Below the pieces are notes generated by a model, which was not told where the DNA came from, ran no database searches, and saw nothing but the letters and a program-made list of their open reading frames with translations. A program made the translations under genes and the position numbers. A DNA stretch of 7,083 nt, from assembly GCA_029856525.1 (NCBI GenBank), contig JAHQXC010000068.1, forward strand, positions 1 through 7,083, given 5' to 3'. This stretch comes from Candidatus Odinarchaeia archaeon. GTDB lineage: Archaea; Asgardarchaeota; Odinarchaeia; Odinarchaeales; Odinarchaeaceae. This document shows, one piece after another, positions 1 to 7,083 of this stretch. How positions within the stretch are numbered: position 1 is the first letter of the stretch; every line of letters starts with the position of its first letter.

Positions 1-2
1 GA

Positions 3-2587
<2,585 letters not shown>

Positions 2588-2600
2588 TTATAACACAATG

Positions 2601-2608
2601 TATTAAAA
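2601..2608 (-). promoter_or_regulatory. Candidate TATA box for cdc48
   Basis: Minus strand TTTTAATA about 30 nt upstream of the start. The region is AT-rich and this position leaves little room for a leader containing the SD, so the assignment is tentative. Confidence 0.25.
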
Positions 2609-2818
2609 TGTGATAACCGTTAACAGATTAAAGGAGTTAAACAGCGCCTGCGTTAACCTTTAGCCTATACCGTTAATATTCAGTAACATACACGCTTAAT
2701 AATTTTTATGTTACAGGGCTTTAACTTAGATTCTATCAATATATATCTAAAAATAGAGTTATACATTCCTGCTTTTAAACTTAAACTTAAAAAATGTGAG
2801 AAAGCTTATCAGAGAGAA

Positions 2819-2846
2819 TATAAATATAACATAGTTGTAAAGGTGA
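2819..2846 (+). promoter_or_regulatory. Candidate TATA box (TATAAATA 2819-2826, purine-rich BRE-like upstream) and SD (GGTGA 2842-2846) of the DUF438 gene
   Basis: GGTGAT matches the archaeal anti-SD complement (GGAGGTGAT), and GGTGA ends 5 nt before ATG 2852. TATAAATA follows GAGAGAA. The two may be alternatives (leaderless versus leadered transcript). Confidence 0.45.
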
Positions 2847-2851
2847 TCTGA

Positions 2852-4063
2852 ATGCATGAAGCGGTAAGCCGCGGTGAGAAGAAGACTAAAATAAAAAATC
2901 TGCTAAAAGCATTGCATGAAAACCCTCAATCAGTTGAAGTAAAACAGGAATTGAAGAGAATAGTGTGTGATCTTCAACCCCCTGAAATCGCAGTTATAGA
3001 AGAAGAATTAGTAAAAGAAGGGATGAGCAGAGAAGAATTACAGAGATTCTGCGACATCCACTTAGAAGTATTCAAAGAAGCGCTAGAAAAAGAGCAGGCG
3101 ATCGCCCCGGAAGGGCATCCTATAAGAATATTAATGGAAGAACATAAAATAATGCTCGGATTCCCTGAGAAACTTAGAAAAACCATTAATGAAAGTTTAG
3201 ACAGTCAAATCAACATGAACCAAGCTTTAAACGAGATAAAGAATATTATAAAACATTTCAAAGAATCTGAGAAACATTATCAAAGAGAAGAAAACGTGTT
3301 ATTCCCATATTTAGAGAGAAAGGGAATAACTCAACCGCCTGCGATAATGTGGATGGAACATGATAAGATAAGAGCTATTAAAAAACAAATATACCGGTTA
3401 TTCGAAGAACAGGCGGGTAAAGATTTCAAAGAGTTTCTAAATAAGCTGTCTGAAGCAAACACCGCGTTAAATGATATGCTTCTATCCCATTTCACAAAAG
3501 AGAATAAAATACTCTTCCCAACAGCTTTAAACGTGATCGGTGAAGAAGAGTGGAGTGAAATAGCCGAACAATTCGAGGGAATAGGCTACTGCTGCTTCAC
3601 ACCTCAACCTACGCGAAGAGCTGAGAAAACGGTTACTAAAATAACACCTCAGGTTACTGGAGTAGACTTAACGTTTGAAACAGGCACCTTAACATTAGAA
3701 GAACTCTCAAACATGTTAAACACGCTTCCCGTTGATATAACTTTCGTCGATAAAAATGATACAGTAAAATATTATAGCAATAACAAGGATAGAGTATTCA
3801 TAAGAACGAAAGCGGTAATCGGTAGAAGAGTCCAACAATGCCATCCTCAGAAAAGCATACACGTCGTTGAACGCATATTAGAAGAGTTTAAAAAAGGTGA
3901 GAGAAAACTCGCTGAGTTCTGGATAAACTTAAACGACCGCTTAATACATATAAGATACTTTCCAGTGTTCAACCCTGAAGGCCAGTATCTGGGCTGCATA
4001 GAAGTCACACAGGATGTAACAGATATAAAGAGACTTGAAGGTGAGAAACGGCTTCTAGAATGA
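2852..4063 (+). CDS. DUF438 + hemerythrin (HHE) + PAS_10-type domain protein, 403 aa, function uncharacterised
   Basis: N-terminal DUF438-like region (EIAVIEEELVKEGMSREELQRFCDIH). Hemerythrin motifs GHPIRILMEEH, KHYQREENVLFPYLE, MWMEHD and SHFTKENKILFP. C-terminal PAS-like region LPVDITFVDKNDTVKYYS...RTKAVIGRRVQQCHPQKS...GQYLGCIEVTQDVT. Confidence 0.88.
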   Translation: MHEAVSRGEKKTKIKNLLKALHENPQSVEVKQELKRIVCDLQPPEIAVIEEELVKEGMSREELQRFCDIHLEVFKEALEKEQAIAPEGHPIRILMEEHKIMLGFPEKLRKTINESLDSQINMNQALNEIKNIIKHFKESEKHYQREENVLFPYLERKGITQPPAIMWMEHDKIRAIKKQIYRLFEEQAGKDFKEFLNKLSEANTALNDMLLSHFTKENKILFPTALNVIGEEEWSEIAEQFEGIGYCCFTPQPTRRAEKTVTKITPQVTGVDLTFETGTLTLEELSNMLNTLPVDITFVDKNDTVKYYSNNKDRVFIRTKAVIGRRVQQCHPQKSIHVVERILEEFKKGERKLAEFWINLNDRLIHIRYFPVFNPEGQYLGCIEVTQDVTDIKRLEGEKRLLE

Positions 4064-4068
4064 AAAAG

Positions 4069-4896
4069 TTAAACATCCATACTCCCGCTTCGATAACCCT
4101 CCAAATCTAATGTAACATATTTATAACCGAGTTTTTTAAGCCCCTCCACCAGAGTGCTCACCTTACCTCCATCTAGAAGAAGAGGGAAATCGTTCAAATC
4201 CAGTTCTAAACGGCAAAACCAACCGTAATCTCTAACCCTCACCAACCGGATATTCAAAATATTTTTAACCAGCCGCTCAGCTTCAGCCACACGTTTTAAA
4301 TCAGATAAAGTAACCCGCGTATTATAAGGGAACCGCGTTAACAGGCAACTCTCAGAAGGCTTATCGTGAAAATATAAGCCGGCGTATGACGCGATAATCC
4401 TTAAATCTTTTTTACCGATTCCAAACAAGATGAAAGGGCTTAAAACACCCTCCTCCTCTAAAGCACGGCGACCAGGTCGAAAACCCTTCAAATCATCCAA
4501 GTTAGAACCGTCTAAAATAGTTTCAACCCCGAGATCTTTCGCAAAACACTTAACACGTTGAAGAATAAGCTTCTTACAGAAATAACATCGCTCACACGGG
4601 TTATCGGAAACCTGCTGATCTAAACCATCTATCTCCAAAACCCTGTGAAAAATATTAAATAAGCTAGCCATCCTAGAAGCTTCAACTACACAATCATCAA
4701 CAGTATAAGCTGTTTTAACAGTCACACCGTAAGTTGAACCGGGTAAAACCAAACTGCAAAGATAAGCTAAAACCCCGCTATCCAAACCACCGGACATCAA
4801 AACAACAACCCTACTCTTACCCTTCAACCAAGCCAGCAACTCCTCCACTCTACCAGCTAAAACCCCGGGGAGATTCAGCAACCCCAAGTCCTCCAA
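4069..4896 (-). CDS. larE: LarE-family ATP-dependent sulfur transferase (PP-loop, TIGR00268-like), 275 aa, TTG start
   Basis: PP-loop SGGLDS, NPxxRCYFCKK, DGSNLDD..RPGRRALEE..V.SP, DKPSESCLLTRFPY, VRVR, and C-terminal GYKYVTLDLEGYRSGSM, all typical of LarE homologs. TTG at 4896-4894 is preceded by GGGAGGT. Confidence 0.9.
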   Translation of the reverse strand: MEDLGLLNLPGVLAGRVEELLAWLKGKSRVVVLMSGGLDSGVLAYLCSLVLPGSTYGVTVKTAYTVDDCVVEASRMASLFNIFHRVLEIDGLDQQVSDNPCERCYFCKKLILQRVKCFAKDLGVETILDGSNLDDLKGFRPGRRALEEEGVLSPFILFGIGKKDLRIIASYAGLYFHDKPSESCLLTRFPYNTRVTLSDLKRVAEAERLVKNILNIRLVRVRDYGWFCRLELDLNDFPLLLDGGKVSTLVEGLKKLGYKYVTLDLEGYRSGSMDV

Positions 4897-4904
4897 TTGC
4901 CTAA

Positions 4905-4911
4905 ACCTCCC
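4905..4911 (-). promoter_or_regulatory. Shine-Dalgarno site of larE
   Basis: Minus strand GGGAGGT 8 nt before the TTG, which supports the TTG start. Confidence 0.7.
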
Positions 4912-4974
4912 GTAAAAAAAGACACAACGAATATTTGAACATTACCCGCTCAAAATATAGAAAACAATAAAATT

Positions 4975-4989
4975 CAAAAACTTTATAAA
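4975..4989 (+). promoter_or_regulatory. Candidate BRE/TATA for tRNA-Cys (CAAAAA-C-TTTATAAA)
   Basis: TTTATAAA at 4982-4989 lies 37 nt upstream of tRNA G1 and is preceded by an A-rich BRE-like stretch. This spacing allows a short 5' leader. Confidence 0.5.
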
Positions 4990-5026
4990 AAGAATTTTAA
5001 TAGCATTAAATGCAGGTATTTTAAAA

Positions 5027-5100
5027 GCCGGGATGGCAGAGCAGCTATGCAGCGGACTGCAGATCCGCGGAGCGGGGTGCAAATCCCTGTCCCGGCTCCA
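5027..5100 (+). tRNA. tRNA-Cys (anticodon GCA), intronless, CCA encoded
   Basis: Manual cloverleaf: acceptor GCCGGGA/TCCCGGC (7 WC pairs); D stem GCAG/ATGC (3 pairs plus G13.A22); anticodon stem GCGGA/TCCGC with loop CTGCAGA (GCA at 5059-5061, G37); 4-nt variable GGAG; T stem CGGGG/CCCTG with loop TGCAAAT; discriminator U73 (the Cys identity element); CCA at 5098-5100. Confidence 0.95.
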
Positions 5101-5150
5101 TATTAAATACCGTAGTGGCGGTAAGTTCCGGAAGAAAATACTATAATATG

Positions 5151-5165
5151 TTATTTTTGTTTATT
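5151..5165 (+). terminator. Possible oligo-T terminator downstream of tRNA-Cys
   Basis: TTATTTTTGTTTATT about 50 nt after the tRNA. Archaeal intrinsic terminators are U-tracts, but the region is generally AT-rich. Confidence 0.35.
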
Positions 5166-5230
5166 ATAAAACTGTATTCTAAATTCGATAACATCTTTTA
5201 AATATGATTTAAATAATTGTTAAATAACAG

Positions 5231-6988
5231 TTGAAGTTTAAAAATACTCGTATGGTTTCATCTAGTAGAATCAGTATTACAGCGGTTTTATTAATTCTCA
5301 TAGTATGTTTAGTCTTCTATATTACGGGTTTATCTGAGCTTATATGGTTGCCTTTCTATTATTTAATTTCAGGGTTTATATTTCTATGCAATCTTGTTTT
5401 CGCACTTCTATCAAATCCTATAGTCTACCCTATTCTATATATTACCACATATATTTCCGCTTTAACAGCTGTAGCTACATTTATAACTACGCTTATCTGG
5501 TATGCGAAAGTTAGGAAAAAGTTTTCTTCACCTGTTAAAAAACAGGGGTTAACATCACTAAAACTGGTTATATTCACGATAGTTGTAATCGGGTTAATCC
5601 AAGTGTCACTGTCTATTCTACAACGAGAGTTAATGTACACGGTTTCATTTTATTTATTTATAATATCGATTATTTTTCTAGCTGTCAGAACAGTTGTGAA
5701 TATCTCTCTGTCTTTAGCTTATAGAAGCAGGGTTAAAAGTGAAGGGGTGCAGCCGCTGGTTTCAATAATTGTACCAGCGTTTAACGAGGAGAAGGTTATC
5801 CAGGAGTCGATTAGATCGCTTTCAGAGTTAACTTACCGGAATAAGGAGATTATTATAGTGGATGACGGCTCCACAGATAACACGTATAAGCTAGCTAGGG
5901 AAGCAGCTGAAAACAATAATAATATTAAAGTTTTATCTAAGCCGAACGGGGGCAAGTGGAGTGCGTTAAATAAAGGAGTGGAGGAAGCTCAAGGGGAGAT
6001 TATCGTATGTATAGACGCCGACACTCGGATTGATAGAAACGCTATCCAGTTTCTAGTTAGACATTTCAGTGATAAACGCGTCGCAGCTGTGGCTGGTAAT
6101 GTGAAAGTCGGTAACCGTGATAAAACTTTAACCAAACTCCAGGCATTAGAATATGTGACGAGTATTAATATTCAGAGAAGAGGGGAAGGGTACCTGAATA
6201 AGCTTACCGTTATCCCCGGGCCTTTAGGAGCTTTTAGGAAAAGCGTGCTTAAAGAAGTAGGATTATACTCCCCTGACACTTTCGCGGAAGACGCTGACCT
6301 GACGCTGAGTATTTTAAAAGCAGGTTATAAAATTAAGTATGAACCTAAAGCTTTAGGTTACACGCAAGCCCCATCAACGTTTAAAGATTTAGCTAAACAA
6401 CGCTACCGCTGGTATAGGGGTTTACTTCAAGCTATGAAGAAGCATAAAGACATGCTCTTTAATTCAAAATACAGTTCAAGCGGTTTATTCGTAGTTTACT
6501 GGATGTTCTTTAACGGAATAATTTTCCCATGGTTCACTTTTCTCACATTAATATGGCTTTTCATACTTATGTTTAACCCGCTATCCGGGTTCGTCGTATA
6601 TAGACCTGAACCGCAAGGCCCGCGTAGAGAACCGCCTAGAGGGCCGCCTGAGTGGCTTCCAGGCGGTGGTGGAGGTGGGAGAGGTCACGGAGGGCCGGTC
6701 ACATTAGCGCCTAGTATAGGTGCAACCCCTCAGATAGTGGTGGAAATAAACTTTTTCCAAGCTATACCTGTGATATACATTTTCTGGTTCTTTATATTCA
6801 TGATATTAGAACTTATTATAGCAGTCTACGCTGTTCAAATAGATGTAGGTGAAAAAAAGAAGCTTATAGCTTACACTATACTATATAAGCTGTTTTACGG
6901 GTATTTTATTGAAACAATCAGATTGTTAAGCCAGCTTGAAGAACAGTTGAAGTATCCGATGAAATGGGAGACTGCTCAAAGAAAGTAG
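5231..6988 (+). CDS. Membrane-embedded processive-type GT2 glycosyltransferase (PgaC/IcaA/cellulose-synthase-like), 585 aa from TTG 5231 (alternative ATG at 5252)
   Basis: VSIIVPAFNEE, DDGSTD (D211), GGKWSALN, DAD (262-264), VAAVAGNVKVGN, IPGPLGAFRK, AED (D354, presumed catalytic base) and QRYRW (390-394) form the D,D,D,QxxRW set. Several N- and C-terminal hydrophobic helices are present. No clear SD, so the start is uncertain. The product polysaccharide cannot be assigned from motifs. Confidence 0.9.
   Translation: MKFKNTRMVSSSRISITAVLLILIVCLVFYITGLSELIWLPFYYLISGFIFLCNLVFALLSNPIVYPILYITTYISALTAVATFITTLIWYAKVRKKFSSPVKKQGLTSLKLVIFTIVVIGLIQVSLSILQRELMYTVSFYLFIISIIFLAVRTVVNISLSLAYRSRVKSEGVQPLVSIIVPAFNEEKVIQESIRSLSELTYRNKEIIIVDDGSTDNTYKLAREAAENNNNIKVLSKPNGGKWSALNKGVEEAQGEIIVCIDADTRIDRNAIQFLVRHFSDKRVAAVAGNVKVGNRDKTLTKLQALEYVTSINIQRRGEGYLNKLTVIPGPLGAFRKSVLKEVGLYSPDTFAEDADLTLSILKAGYKIKYEPKALGYTQAPSTFKDLAKQRYRWYRGLLQAMKKHKDMLFNSKYSSSGLFVVYWMFFNGIIFPWFTFLTLIWLFILMFNPLSGFVVYRPEPQGPRREPPRGPPEWLPGGGGGGRGHGGPVTLAPSIGATPQIVVEINFFQAIPVIYIFWFFIFMILELIIAVYAVQIDVGEKKKLIAYTILYKLFYGYFIETIRLLSQLEEQLKYPMKWETAQRK
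6620..6655 (+). repeat. Three imperfect in-frame 12-nt tandem repeats in the GT2 gene
   Basis: CCGCGTAGAGAA / CCGCCTAGAGGG / CCGCCTGAGTGG (PRRE, PPRG, PPEW), preceded by CCGCAAGGC and followed by a Gly6 run. Confidence 0.55.
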
Positions 6989-7045
6989 GTTAAACGCCTC
7001 TAGGAACAGTTACATCGAAAAACGAATATTATAGAAGTTATGGTA

Positions 7046-7068
7046 TTTTCATTGATTTTTGAATTTTT
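7046..7068 (+). terminator. Possible oligo-T terminator after the GT2 gene
   Basis: TTTT, TTTTT and TTTTT tracts 58-80 nt after the TAG at 6986-6988. Confidence 0.35.
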
Positions 7069-7083
7069 GCAGCTTAAATAGTG

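Noticed and set aside
2974-3186. Minus-strand 70-aa ORF
   Set aside because: Antisense shadow within the DUF438 gene, with no motif or RBS.
5108-5133. Small hairpin TACCG-TAGTGG-CGGTA and palindrome TTCCGGAA after the tRNA
   Set aside because: Only 5-6 bp and expected by chance. No function can be supported.
5425-5640. Minus-strand 71-aa ORF
   Set aside because: Antisense shadow within the GT2 gene, with no supporting features.
5090-5700. tRNA-Cys as an integration site for a GT2 island (AT-rich DNA after the tRNA)
   Set aside because: No integrase and no duplicated tRNA 3' end in the window. AT-richness is explained by intergenic DNA and TM-coding codons. It cannot be excluded without the downstream sequence.
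6662-6696. G-quadruplex-like GG runs
   Set aside because: A direct consequence of poly-Gly codons, mostly two-G tracts, with no independent support.
7000-7083. Open minus-strand frame entering from the right edge (...ENTITSIIFVFRCNCS*)
   Set aside because: Under 30 codons with no recognisable motif. It cannot be called a gene without the flanking sequence.

Overview
Archaeal chromosomal segment (archaeal-type Cdc48, SD motifs GGAGG/GGTGA, TATA-like boxes, tRNA-Cys with G37). The finer lineage cannot be fixed from the sequence alone. Layout: 3' end of a LysK-like M20 hydrolase (+), overlapping by 4 nt the stop of a convergent full-length Cdc48/VCP AAA+ ATPase (-); a divergent DUF438-hemerythrin-PAS protein (+); a convergent LarE-family PP-loop sulfur transferase (-) with no other lar genes in the window; a divergent tRNA-Cys(GCA) (+); and a processive-type GT2 membrane glycosyltransferase (+). 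No transposase, integrase, CRISPR array or clear att repeat is visible. The most unusual signals are (1) a tRNA-Cys whose tertiary core departs from consensus at interacting positions (A18/G55, G15/G48, U21), (2) an orphan Cys-rich LarE with a CxxCxxC motif head-to-head with that tRNA, and (3) a GC-rich, repeat-like Pro/Gly insertion in a predicted outer loop of the GT2 synthase. I do not see decisive evidence for a complete new system. The larE/tRNA-Cys/hemerythrin-PAS grouping is a testable hypothesis only.
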